From contig CAZMZF010000008.1 of NCBI GenBank assembly GCA_964570765.1, positions 27,301-91,300 on the forward strand: 64,000 nt of DNA, in the 5' to 3' direction. Positions 37,505-47,065 of the stretch are shown here, one piece after another. Position 1 is the first letter of the stretch; the number at the start of each line of letters is the position of its first letter. The notes below the pieces were generated by a model. The model was given only the letters and a program-made list of their open reading frames with translations. It was not told where the DNA came from and did not search any database. This DNA comes from an uncultured Ignavibacteria bacterium (GTDB lineage Bacteria > Zixibacteria > MSB-5A5 > RBG-16-43-9). The position numbers and the translations under genes are program-made.

Positions 37505-38407
37505 ATGCTAACCGGTATCCATTTTCTTCTAACCTATTCCTGTAATTTTGAGTGTGACCATTGTTTTGTATATAGCGGTCCTAAAGCAAAGGGGACTTTT
37601 ACTCTCAATCAGATCAAGAATGTATTTAATGAATTAGTCAAAATCGGAACTATCGAATGGGTATATTTTGAAGGGGGTGAGCCATTTTTATTTTATCCGC
37701 TTATGCTTGAGGGTATAAAATTGGGTTCAGGTCTGGATTTTAAAACCGGGATAGTAACTAATGCCTACTGGGCGATCTCAGATGAAGATGCAGAGCTCTG
37801 GCTTAACCCTCTGCGTGATTTAAAAATTTCGGATTTGAGTTTAAGCGACGATCTGTATCACTTTGAAGAGGATAAAGATAATTATGCCAGAATAGCATTG
37901 AAGGTGGCGAAAAGGATGGGCCTGATGGTTAATACGATTTGTATCGATAAACCGAAAATTGAAACAGGGAAAGATTTTGGTCAGGAAAAAGGGCTGCCAG
38001 TTATTGGCGGTGGTGCTATGTTCAGAGGGAGAGCTGTTGAGAAATTGACTGAGGGGTTGCCCGGAAGGTATTGGGAAGATTTCAGAGAATGTCCCTACGA
38101 GGATTTGAAAAACCCTAAAAGGGTTCACCTGGACCCTTATGGGAATGTATTCCTCTGTCAGGGCTTGAGTATCGGGAATATGTGGGAAACTCCTTTATCG
38201 AATCTGGTTAAGAATTATAAATCTGATTCACACCCCATTTGTGCTCCTCTGGTTAAAGGTGGTCCAGCTCTTTTGGCTAAAGAATACCAGGTTAAGACTG
38301 AAGCTAAATATGTTGATCCCTGCCATCTGTGTTACTGCGTTCGCTTATCGCTTTTAGATAAATTTCCACGATACCTTGCCCCGAAACAGATTTACGGGTT
38401 TATGTAG
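37505..38407 (+). CDS. Radical SAM protein with C-terminal Cys-rich domain
   Basis: TYSCNFECDHC, FEGGEPF, TNAYW, C-terminal CP..CQG..C..CHLC. Confidence 0.88.
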   Translation: MLTGIHFLLTYSCNFECDHCFVYSGPKAKGTFTLNQIKNVFNELVKIGTIEWVYFEGGEPFLFYPLMLEGIKLGSGLDFKTGIVTNAYWAISDEDAELWLNPLRDLKISDLSLSDDLYHFEEDKDNYARIALKVAKRMGLMVNTICIDKPKIETGKDFGQEKGLPVIGGGAMFRGRAVEKLTEGLPGRYWEDFRECPYEDLKNPKRVHLDPYGNVFLCQGLSIGNMWETPLSNLVKNYKSDSHPICAPLVKGGPALLAKEYQVKTEAKYVDPCHLCYCVRLSLLDKFPRYLAPKQIYGFM

Positions 38408-38466
38408 AAGAGGTCTTCAGGCCTCCATTATTTTCTTAATCCCACCTTGTGGCAAGGTGGGTATAC

Positions 38467-38797
38467 CAGATTCAGACTTGGTAATAGAGCCTATGACTTC
38501 GGGATTAGTAAATTAGAAAAAGCTCTCTTTATGAAAATTGCGATAAAGGCGTTTGAGGAATCTTTAAGGGTCAGGACATTAGAGCACTTTCCGATGGATT
38601 ATGCAATGACGCAGAACAATATGGGTAATGCCTACGGCACGCTTTCAGAGGTAGAGGGTAAGGCAGAGAATTGCAGGAAAGGGATTCAGGCTTACCAGGA
38701 AGCGCTTAAGATATTTATAGAGAATGAATTTCCAGAGGTTTACCCGCGAGTATTAAATAATCTAAGGATTCTTCTTGATTTCTGTAAAGAGAAGTGA
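38467..38797 (+). pseudogene. 5'-truncated TPR protein remnant
   Basis: AIKAFEESL..YAMTQNNMGNAY..QAYQEAL: only the last two TPRs; begins directly after a hairpin repeat. Confidence 0.65.
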
Positions 38798-38799
38798 TG

Positions 38800-39086
38800 G
38801 TAGAGACGCATCGAATGCGTCTCTATAATGGACAGAACGATGTTCTGTCCCTACGGATGAATAAACCCACCTTTGGGGGCAAGGCGGGTTTACCGGATTA
38901 TCAATTTCGTAGCGCGAACCTGCTTGTGTCCCGCCAAAGGCGGGATCAGGTTCGCTTTTTGAGTGATGGATGGAGGGCTAATCCGCCTCTGGCGGACAAG
39001 ACCTTGTCCGAATTTGGATCCATAGGAATGGCCTTCCTCTACATTTTTTGTAGGGGCGTATTGCAATACGCCCCTCCTATTTTCTC
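38800..39086. repeat. Dense REP mosaic with several micro-inserts
   Basis: gtagagacgcatcgaatgcgtctcta, gacagaacgatgttctgtccctac, gtagcgcgaacct-[24 bp]-tcaggttcgc, a REP carrying both tccgcctctggcggacaa and gtccgaatttggatccatagga, gtaggggcgtattgcaatacgcccct. Confidence 0.8.
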
Positions 39087-39174
39087 CATTTTTTGCTGGC
39101 ACAAAGTATGCTCTTTTAATATATTCTCTCTGTGTTAATCAGAGGTTAGTAAATCTATTAAAGGAGAATCTGCA

Positions 39175-41346
39175 ATGCTAAGAAAATTCAACAGTAAAAA
39201 AATCAATTGTAAGATATTCTTTCTTTCTTCTTTACTGGCGTTTTGTCTTATCCTTATTACCCTTTTCAGCTTTAGTTATGCTCAAAAGTTTAAATATCCA
39301 GTCGCAAAAACAGATAATGTGGTGGATGATTATTTCGGCACTAAAGTGGCTGACCCTTACCGCTGGCTGGAAAATCCAGATTCTCCTGAGACCCAGACCT
39401 GGGTGGAAGCGGAGAATAAATTGACTTACGATTTTCTCAATGCTATTCCTCAAAGGGAGAAGATCAAAGCAAAATTGACCAAATTGTGGAATTATCCGAA
39501 ATATTCTATGCCAATTAAAAAAGGGGGACGTTACTTTTATTCTAAGAACGATGGACTTCAGAATCAATCGGTGTACTATATGCAGGAAAGCTTAGACAGT
39601 AAACCGATTATGGTAATTGATCCGAATAAACTTAGCCTGGATGGCACCATTGCCCTGACTATCCCAGGTTTCAGTATGGATGGGAAGCTTTTAGCTTATG
39701 GCATCTCAAAAAGTGGGAGCGACTGGCAGGAGGTCAGAATATTAAATATCGAAACAGGTAAAGAATATCCGGAAGTGATAAAATGGCTTAAGTTCAGCAA
39801 TGTTGCCTGGAAAAATAATAACCAGGGATTTTATTATAATCGTTACCCAGAACCGGGCAGTGTGCCGGAGGAGGATCAGTACAATTACAATAAAGTTTAC
39901 TATCATAAACTCAGCACACCTCAATCAGAAGACCTGCTGATCTATGAACAACCGGAAGCAAAGGAGCTTGATTTTACTCCCTTTATCACTGAGGACGAGA
40001 AATATCTGGTCCTGATTGTGGATTATGGCACAGACCCTAAAAATCGAATTTATTATCGCGAGGTGGAAAGTAACGGACCATTCATCAAACTCTTGGATAA
40101 AGCTGATGCCAGCTATACTTTCATTAGCAACCTCGATACCCTTTTCTATTTTCGCACGGATTTAGATGCCTCGAATGGCAGAGCTATACAGATTAATATA
40201 AATAATCCATCTCCAGAGGACTGGAAAGAGATTGTCTCGCAGAAAAAAGAAGTATTGAGTTTTGCGGATATGGTTAATCATCAATTAGTGCTGGTTTATA
40301 TGCAGGATGCTAAGCATAAAATGATGCTTCATAACCTGAATGGAGTTTTTTTGAAAGAGATTAAATTACCAGATTTAGGTTCAATAGGGGGTATTTCAGC
40401 CAGACAAAAAGATAAGGAGACGTTTTTTGAATTCACTTCCTTTCTTTATCCCCTAACTGTTTTCCGCTACGATTTTTTGACTGAGAAACTCTCACCTTTT
40501 TTTGAGAGCAAAATCGATTTCGATCTATCTGGATATGAAACCAAACAGATATTCTATTCTTCTAAAGATGGAACAAAAGTACCAATGTTCATAGTTCACA
40601 AAAAAGGGCTCAAATTAGATGGAAATAATCCCACACTCCTCTATGGGTATGGTGGTTTCAATGGTGGTATCACTCCCTATTTTTCTATCTCTCGCCTTAT
40701 CTGGCTGGAAAACGGTGGGGTGTTTGCAGTAGCAAATTTACGCGGTGGGGATGAATATGGCGAAGAATGGCATCAGGCAGGGATGCTGGATAAAAAGCAG
40801 AACGTGTTCGATGATTTTATATCAGCAGCTGAATGGCTTATTCAAAACAAATATACCAACTCAAAAAAACTGGCGATCAGCGGTGGGAGCAATGGTGGTT
40901 TGTTAGTTGCTGCCTGTATGGTCCAGCGGCCGGAGCTATTCGGTGCGGTTATCTGTCAGGTGCCGGTTATCGATATGCTGAGATATCATAAATTCACTGT
41001 GGGACGCTACTGGATACCGGAATATGGAAATGCAGAAGCAAATCCGGACCAGTTCAAATTTCTTTATGCTTACTCACCATTGCACAATGTCAAAAAGGGG
41101 GTGGTCTATCCACCTATTTTGATTACCACAGCAGATACCGATGATCGGGTAGCGCCCTTACATGCGAAAAAATTTGCCGCAGCCCTACAATCTGCAATAA
41201 CCGGGGATAATCCTGTTTTATTACGGGTGGAAACCAAAGCCGGGCACGGAGGTGGCAAACCTACTTCAAAAGTCATCGAGGAATCAAGCGATATATATGC
41301 GTTTTTATTTAAGATTTTCGGAGTGGGAATTTTAGAGAGTAAATAA
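39175..41346 (+). CDS. Prolyl oligopeptidase (S9A), secreted
   Basis: DPYRWLE, GGSNGGLL, ADTDDRV, AGHG catalytic triad; signal peptide. Confidence 0.95.
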   Translation: MLRKFNSKKINCKIFFLSSLLAFCLILITLFSFSYAQKFKYPVAKTDNVVDDYFGTKVADPYRWLENPDSPETQTWVEAENKLTYDFLNAIPQREKIKAKLTKLWNYPKYSMPIKKGGRYFYSKNDGLQNQSVYYMQESLDSKPIMVIDPNKLSLDGTIALTIPGFSMDGKLLAYGISKSGSDWQEVRILNIETGKEYPEVIKWLKFSNVAWKNNNQGFYYNRYPEPGSVPEEDQYNYNKVYYHKLSTPQSEDLLIYEQPEAKELDFTPFITEDEKYLVLIVDYGTDPKNRIYYREVESNGPFIKLLDKADASYTFISNLDTLFYFRTDLDASNGRAIQININNPSPEDWKEIVSQKKEVLSFADMVNHQLVLVYMQDAKHKMMLHNLNGVFLKEIKLPDLGSIGGISARQKDKETFFEFTSFLYPLTVFRYDFLTEKLSPFFESKIDFDLSGYETKQIFYSSKDGTKVPMFIVHKKGLKLDGNNPTLLYGYGGFNGGITPYFSISRLIWLENGGVFAVANLRGGDEYGEEWHQAGMLDKKQNVFDDFISAAEWLIQNKYTNSKKLAISGGSNGGLLVAACMVQRPELFGAVICQVPVIDMLRYHKFTVGRYWIPEYGNAEANPDQFKFLYAYSPLHNVKKGVVYPPILITTADTDDRVAPLHAKKFAAALQSAITGDNPVLLRVETKAGHGGGKPTSKVIEESSDIYAFLFKIFGVGILESK

Positions 41347-41446
41347 GTTGAACAAAGGACAGGCAAGATGCTTGTCCCACGATTTTCAAAATAATATTGG
41401 AAATCTAAAGATTTCCGCTACATAAATATTCAAAAAGGTGGTTAAA

Positions 41447-42298
41447 ATGGAAAAGAAAAATATTAAAAAAGTGGTAAGGGAAGGGTATGCAAAAATTGCT
41501 AAACAAAGTAGTTCCTGCTGTGCTCCGGTGAAGACCTGCTGTGGCAGTGTTGATCCAGCAACTAATATCAGCAAAAGTATAGGATATACTGAGGAGGAGC
41601 TCAAGGCTGTACCTGAAGGCTCGAATCTGGGGCTGGGGTGTGGTAACCCGATAGCTCTTGCCTCTTTAAAAAAGGGGGAGATTGTGCTTGATCTTGGCTC
41701 AGGTGCAGGATTTGATTGTTTCCTTGCTGCCCGGAGAGTTGGCAAAAAGGGGAAAGTCATCGGTGTGGATATGACACCAGAGATGTTGGAAAAGGCAAGG
41801 GAAAATGCAGAAAAAGGTAACTACGCCAATGTGGAGTTCAGGCTGGGAGAAATAGAAAACCTGCCGGTGGTGGATAATTCAGTGGACGTGATAATCTCGA
41901 ACTGCGTGATTAATCTCTCACCGGATAAAAGCAGGGTTTTTCAGGAAGCCTTCAGAGTGCTGAAACCTGGAGGAAGGTTAATGGTTTCTGACCTGGTCCT
42001 GGTAAAAGAGCTTCCGGATTTTATCAAGACCTCAGTTCGGGCTTATATCGGTTGTCTTTCCGGAGCAATAATGAAAGATAAATATACAGACGCCATAAAG
42101 AAGGCAGGATTTAAGGATGTCAAAATAATTGAGGAGACATCTTATCCGATTGAGCTTATGGCAAATGATCAAACTGCTCAGGCTATCATAGAAGATTTAG
42201 AAATACCACCTGAAAAAGCAAAAGAGGTTGCAAATTCAGTGGTAAGTATCAAGGTCTATGGGGTCAAACCTTTAAAAATAAAGGAAAAAAGAAAATAG
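41447..42298 (+). CDS. arsM: Arsenite S-adenosylmethionine methyltransferase
   Basis: N-terminal CC..CC, GLGCGNP, DLGSGAGFD, ISNCVINL, YIGCLSGA. Confidence 0.88.
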   Translation: MEKKNIKKVVREGYAKIAKQSSSCCAPVKTCCGSVDPATNISKSIGYTEEELKAVPEGSNLGLGCGNPIALASLKKGEIVLDLGSGAGFDCFLAARRVGKKGKVIGVDMTPEMLEKARENAEKGNYANVEFRLGEIENLPVVDNSVDVIISNCVINLSPDKSRVFQEAFRVLKPGGRLMVSDLVLVKELPDFIKTSVRAYIGCLSGAIMKDKYTDAIKKAGFKDVKIIEETSYPIELMANDQTAQAIIEDLEIPPEKAKEVANSVVSIKVYGVKPLKIKEKRK

Positions 42299-42354
42299 AA
42301 GAAGGGAAAAAATGTAGCGTCGGGTTTTATGCCCGACGAAAATATGTAGAACTT

Positions 42355-42425
42355 GTAGGTCAAGCATGTCCACCCTTCGATAAGCTCAGGATGGTGAGCA
42401 ACACCGAACCACAGGTCTGCTTGGC
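42355..42425 (+). repeat. GTAG REP (gtaggtcaagcat family) interrupted by a 39-bp hairpin element
   Basis: gtaggtcaagcatgtcc-[acccttcgataagctcaggatggtgagcaacaccgaacc]-acaggtctgcttggc. Empty relatives near 43159, 43813, 44881 and 45147. Confidence 0.8.
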
Positions 42426-42451
42426 TAAAAGGTTATCTTGATAGGAGGTAG

Positions 42452-43018
42452 ATGAGCGATAAAGATATACCTCTTCATTATGTCTGTACCAGAGATGAAG
42501 CATTGATGATAATCCAGCCCCATAAGAGATTATGGGTGTCTAATTGTGGATGCCGTGAAAGTAGCGGTAAATGCCGCCGCTCACGTATGGATGTCTGTTT
42601 ACAGTTTCACGACAAGACTGCAGCGAGTGGCTCCGGAATGAAGGAGATTTCAAAATCTGAGGTGGCAGGGATTTTTAAAGAAGTAGAAGAGAAACATCTG
42701 GTAACCAGACCTTTCCGGAGCGAAGAGGATAAAAAAGTGACTGAGGGAATATGCTTTTGCTGTGATGACTGCTGTGGATACTTCTTGAATCCTGAGGAGA
42801 AATGCGACAAAGGAAAATTTCGGGAGAAGACCAATCTGGAGATATGTAATCATTGCGGTGCCTGTGAAGAGGTTTGCTATTTTGGAGCCAGAAAAATGGA
42901 AGATGGTAAACTCATATTATTCCAGGAGAATTGTTATGGCTGTGGTCTTTGCAGGGATGTCTGTCCGGAGGATTGTATTCAAATGCTGAGTAGAGAACGA
43001 AAAGGTTCAAAGGTTTAA
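42452..43018 (+). CDS. 4Fe-4S dicluster ferredoxin-like protein
   Basis: CGCR, CFCCDDCC, CNHCGACEEVC, CYGCGLCRDVCP. Confidence 0.9.
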   Translation: MSDKDIPLHYVCTRDEALMIIQPHKRLWVSNCGCRESSGKCRRSRMDVCLQFHDKTAASGSGMKEISKSEVAGIFKEVEEKHLVTRPFRSEEDKKVTEGICFCCDDCCGYFLNPEEKCDKGKFREKTNLEICNHCGACEEVCYFGARKMEDGKLILFQENCYGCGLCRDVCPEDCIQMLSRERKGSKV

Positions 43019-43322
43019 TCCGCCAGAGGCGGACAAGAGTTCAAGGGGAAAAAGGAAGTAGGTAGGCGCAAGCTTCAGCTTGCGGATGGATTACATTGTA
43101 ACGCAGACATAAAGTCTGCGGCTACCAAGGATAAACGATGATTCGTGTTAAGTTTTGTAGGTCAAGCATGTCTGTAGGACTGCTTGACAAATGAATGGTT
43201 ATGTAGCGGAAAGCTCTCGTGGGTGTCCGCCTGAGGCGGACCAGCCCCGTAATAGTGGTTTTTCAGAGCTCTCTGTAAAATGTCAACCACCCTGTTTTTG
43301 GCGGGGATGGTTAACCTGCAAA
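43003..43322. repeat. Octamer array plus REP mosaic with micro-inserts
   Basis: aggttcaa-aggtttaa-[tccgccagaggcggacaa]-gagttcaa; gtaggcgcaagcttcagcttgcg; gtaacgcagacataaagtctgcg; gtaggtcaagcatgtctgtaggactgcttgac. Confidence 0.8.
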
Positions 43323-43350
43323 ACTCTAACAGCACAAAATAGTACTTTAG

Positions 43351-43764
43351 ATGATCGAATGTAAGATTAATGACCAGATTATTCCAGATGAGCTTGACCG
43401 CTTTTTCCAGAATTGGAAATCGCCTCCATCTAAAGAGATTAAAGGCAAGCTTTTAGATGGGTCTGAGCTAATTGTAACTGCAAGAGAAAACGGCAAGCTT
43501 TTGGGTTTCCTTACGGCAATTAGCGATGGAGCGATGCATGCCTTTATCACTCTGGTTGAAGTTCTTGAGTCCCATCACGGGAAAGGAATTGGTAAGTATC
43601 TATTGAATCTGGCGATTTCGCATTTTAAGGGATATTATGATATTGTTTTAATCACTGATCCGGATAAAGGAGCATTCTATAAAAAATTAGGTTTTGACGA
43701 AATCTACGGGATGCATATTAGAGACTTCACTTATGGAAAGGACAGAGGATCTGATAACCGATGA
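43351..43764 (+). CDS. GNAT family N-acetyltransferase
   Basis: VEVLESHHGKGIGKYL, FYKKLGF. Confidence 0.88.
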   Translation: MIECKINDQIIPDELDRFFQNWKSPPSKEIKGKLLDGSELIVTARENGKLLGFLTAISDGAMHAFITLVEVLESHHGKGIGKYLLNLAISHFKGYYDIVLITDPDKGAFYKKLGFDEIYGMHIRDFTYGKDRGSDNR

Positions 43765-43922
43765 TAAAAGTTCGGAGGTTTTGACTAATTAAACCATTTC
43801 AGAAAAAGTATTGTAGGTCAAGCATGTTCAGAGAACTACTTGACAAAATGTAAAATGTCAACCGCCCCGCTCTTGGCAGAGATGATTGACCTACAAAACT
43901 TAAGCATCTGAAAGGAGGGTTT

Positions 43923-44873
43923 ATGTCGAGGAAAATAGCCTTAGTTTTAAGCGGAGGGAATGCCTGGGGCTCATTCCAGTTTGGGGCAATAAAATATATC
44001 GAAGAAGAGATCAGAAAAAAGTTCCCGGACTTTGACTATTCCATCATAGCTGGCGTATCGGTTGGTGCCTTAAATGGGGTTATGCTAGCGATGGAGAAGT
44101 TTAATAAATTGAAAGAGATATGGAATAACATATCAAATAACCAGGTATATGAAGGGAGAATATCCTGGACTGCAATCCTTAAGATTTTGTTTGGTGCAAA
44201 ATCAGTCCTGAGTAACAAACCATTACAGGGGAAATTAGACCAGCATGTTTTTCTCGGAGATGTAAAATCAGATAAATATGATTTGAGAATTGGAGTGGTA
44301 TTATTGGTTTCTGGCGAATATAAAGCGTTTAAACCTTCTGATTTTGATAAAGATGAGGATTTTAGAAAGGCAATTCTGGCTTCAACTGCCATTCCTCTTA
44401 TCTGGAAGCCGGTTAAAGAGATTAATTTGAAAAATAATTTACATCTTGAAAACCTAATAGATGGTGGAGTCCGAAACGTCAGTCCTTTGGGTGACATCCT
44501 GGATGATGACCCCTCAGAGGTCATTATCATTAATTGTCAGTTGTCAAAATTAGAACCGGATACAAAGGCTTCTAAAAACTTCTTGATGATAGCAAAAAGG
44601 TCTTTGACTGAGATCACTATCAATGAAATTTTCAATTCCGATATTCGTGAATATTTAACCATCAATTATCTGGTTGAACAGGCAACCAAGCAAGGTTTTA
44701 CCCCTAAAAAGAAAAATGGTGTGGATGATTATAAAGCTTACAAAACCATCTTGATTCAACCAGATAAGGATTTAGGTGATCCCCTGGATTTTTCTCAGAA
44801 GACAATCCAGTGGAGGATAGAGGAAGGGTATAAAACCGCCGAAAAGTTATTTCAAGGGTATGTGTTAAATTAA
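43923..44873 (+). CDS. Patatin-like phospholipase
   Basis: LSGGNAWG, GVSVG, ASTAIP, DGG. Confidence 0.9.
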   Translation: MSRKIALVLSGGNAWGSFQFGAIKYIEEEIRKKFPDFDYSIIAGVSVGALNGVMLAMEKFNKLKEIWNNISNNQVYEGRISWTAILKILFGAKSVLSNKPLQGKLDQHVFLGDVKSDKYDLRIGVVLLVSGEYKAFKPSDFDKDEDFRKAILASTAIPLIWKPVKEINLKNNLHLENLIDGGVRNVSPLGDILDDDPSEVIIINCQLSKLEPDTKASKNFLMIAKRSLTEITINEIFNSDIREYLTINYLVEQATKQGFTPKKKNGVDDYKAYKTILIQPDKDLGDPLDFSQKTIQWRIEEGYKTAEKLFQGYVLN

Positions 44874-44880
44874 AAGTCTT

Positions 44881-45178
44881 GTAGTTCAAGTAGGTCCACA
44901 GAACTTGACAAAAAAGCTGTAGGGCATGGCTTTAGCCATGCGAAAATGAAGCAACCCTGTCCGAATTTGGATCCTTTGGAAAGGGTTGCCCTACGAAAAA
45001 TTTGATGTGGCGGAAAGTTATCAAGCTCTTGAGACTATAACCCTTAATTTTTTGGAAACCCGAAGGTTTCCGCTACATAATAATTTACTTCAATGTTCAA
45101 GTTTATTAAACATTCCTGTCTGACCACAAGGAACAGACAAGTCTTGTAGGTTAAGCATGTCCATTGGACTGCTTGACT
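44881..45178. repeat. REP mosaic
   Basis: gtagggcatggctttagccatgc; gcaaccct-[gtccgaatttggatcctttgga]-aagggttgccctac; gaaacccgaaggtttccgctac; gtaggttaagcatgtccattggactgcttgac. Confidence 0.8.
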
Positions 45179-45190
45179 AAAAAATGTCCT

Positions 45191-45883
45191 ATGAAAGAAG
45201 GGATTAAAAAAATCTTTTCTGAGGTTCCGCAGACTTATGAACTGGTTAATCATATTTTAACCTTCGGGATGGATATCTTCTGGCGAAAAAAGGCGGCAAA
45301 GATAGCAGTCGCAGGAGGTGGGGAGATGTGGATGGATATTTGTAGTGGAACAGGGGAGATGGCGTCCTATCTTAGCAGGCTTGCTCCAGAAAAAACCAGG
45401 GTGTTCGCTATAGATTTCAGCTTTCCAATGATTCGAAAAGCCCTGGAGAAAAAAGAGGCTTCTGAAATCACTTTCATACTCTCCGATATAAATACCCTCC
45501 CTTTTCCGGATAATACATTTGACCTTATAACCATATCATTTGCGGTCCGCAATATAAATCTCAATCGTGAGAAGTTTCTTGTATCTCTCAAAGAGATTCA
45601 CAGGGTTTTAAAATCAGGTGGGCGATTTGTGAGTGTGGAGACCAGTCAGCCAAAATCTAAGTTTATCCGGATGTTGTTTCATTTCTATATTCGGCTGGCA
45701 GTTAAGCCAATTGGACAGATTATCTCAGGCTCAAAATCTGCTTATACCTATCTTTCCCAGACCATCCCTCAATTCTATTCAGCAGATGAATTTGCTGAGA
45801 TTATAAGAGAAGCTGGTTTTTCAGAGGTTACCTTCAAACGGATGTTTTTGGGAGCGAGTGCCATTCATAAAGCGATTAAGTAG
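45191..45883 (+). CDS. UbiE/MenG-family quinone biosynthesis methyltransferase
   Basis: IFSEV..YELVNHILTFGMDIFWRK, DICSGTG, RVLKSGG, AYTYLSQTIPQF. Start moved out of the upstream repeat. Confidence 0.85.
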   Translation: MKEGIKKIFSEVPQTYELVNHILTFGMDIFWRKKAAKIAVAGGGEMWMDICSGTGEMASYLSRLAPEKTRVFAIDFSFPMIRKALEKKEASEITFILSDINTLPFPDNTFDLITISFAVRNINLNREKFLVSLKEIHRVLKSGGRFVSVETSQPKSKFIRMLFHFYIRLAVKPIGQIISGSKSAYTYLSQTIPQFYSADEFAEIIREAGFSEVTFKRMFLGASAIHKAIK

Positions 45884-45979
45884 CGTCGGGCTTTATGCCC
45901 GACGATAGTAGGTCAGACATTCCTGCCTGACAAAAGGGAACAGACAGAATGTCTGTTCTACCATTTTAAATAACAACTA

Positions 45980-46657
45980 TTATTTAACAGGCTGGATACA
46001 ATTCTCAATGTCAACGCTGGGATTTCCTACCAGAGAAGATACTTCATACATTTCAGTCAAATCAACAGGATAGGGGGTAAGGAGTTTCATAAGGGTGTTT
46101 ATGGCTTTTAAGTTCGGGTCTATCCAGATATCTTCATTTTCAGGTCTGAGAATAACCGGCATCCTTGGGTGGATTTTCCCTACTAAATCATCTGCTTCTG
46201 TGGTGATGATAGTATAGGAACGGATCGTTTCACCTTCTGGATTTTTCCAGAGGTCCCATAATCCAGCAAATGCAAAAAGCTCTCTGGATTTCAAAACTAT
46301 CCTAAATGGGGATCTTTTACCTTTTTTCTCTGTCTTTTTCCACTCATAATATCCATCCGCAGGGACTAAACATCGCCTTTTAGAAAAAGCACTGCGAAAA
46401 GAAGGTTTTTCAGCTACTGTTTCTATTCGGGCATTGATCATTTTGTTCCCGATTGACTCTTCTTTTGACCAGGAGGGGATTAACCCCCATCTCATAGGGA
46501 GCATTACCCTTTTGCTCTCTTCATTTGTTAAAACTACAGGATTGACCTGACTGGGAGCGACATTATATCGTGGAAAAAATTCTCCTTCGTACTCTTTAAC
46601 CTTGAATCTTTGTATAAGGATTTCTTCTTTAACGGTTATGGTATAACGACCGCACAT
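45980..46657 (-). CDS. SOS response-associated peptidase (SRAP/YedK/HMCES family)
   Basis: MCGRY start, RYNVAPSQ, MRWGLIP, INARIE, CLVPADGYYEW, HPRMPVIL. Confidence 0.95.
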   Translation of the reverse strand: MCGRYTITVKEEILIQRFKVKEYEGEFFPRYNVAPSQVNPVVLTNEESKRVMLPMRWGLIPSWSKEESIGNKMINARIETVAEKPSFRSAFSKRRCLVPADGYYEWKKTEKKGKRSPFRIVLKSRELFAFAGLWDLWKNPEGETIRSYTIITTEADDLVGKIHPRMPVILRPENEDIWIDPNLKAINTLMKLLTPYPVDLTEMYEVSSLVGNPSVDIENCIQPVK

Positions 46658-46730
46658 AGTTCAAAACTTACATCATTTTTCTATTTTGTCAAGTAAGGTT
46701 TTCAAAAAATCCTGATCCCACACAATAGTA

Positions 46731-46945
46731 TGGTAAGTCAGACATTCTGGTACTGTTGCTCAACTCCTGGATATAGCATATGGAGTCAGGAGTCGTTAAT
46801 GTAGGGACAGCCCTAGTTGAGCTTTGCGAAATCCAGTTTTGCAGGATGGCTGTCCTCATTGGGGTTAGGACAGGGACAAGCCCTGTCCCTACATAAGATT
46901 TCTCCCAAAAAAGACTTCGGGAACAGCCCCAGGATGTCTGTTCTA
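46731..46945. repeat. REP doublet (REPIN-like) and further hairpins
   Basis: gtagggacagccct..ggctgtcct.. paired with gacagggacaagccctgtccctac; gaacag..ctgttcta. Confidence 0.7.
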
Positions 46946-47065
46946 ACAATAATAAAAGAGACCCCCGCCAGAAGGTGGGGGCTTTTTTAATCTGGAGTGC
47001 ATCATCCGTGATGATGCTGTTACATTGACTCACTAAAAGCGGGGCTAATGCGTTCCCTATAAAAA

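Noticed and set aside
38794-39138. Small ORFs over repeat clusters (also 15763-15966, 46689-47033, 53396-53644)
   Set aside because: Chance open frames through palindromic repeats, without RBS or protein-like motifs.
43923-44873. CBASS CapV-type effector
   Set aside because: No CD-NTase or other CBASS gene is adjacent; ordinary patatin context.
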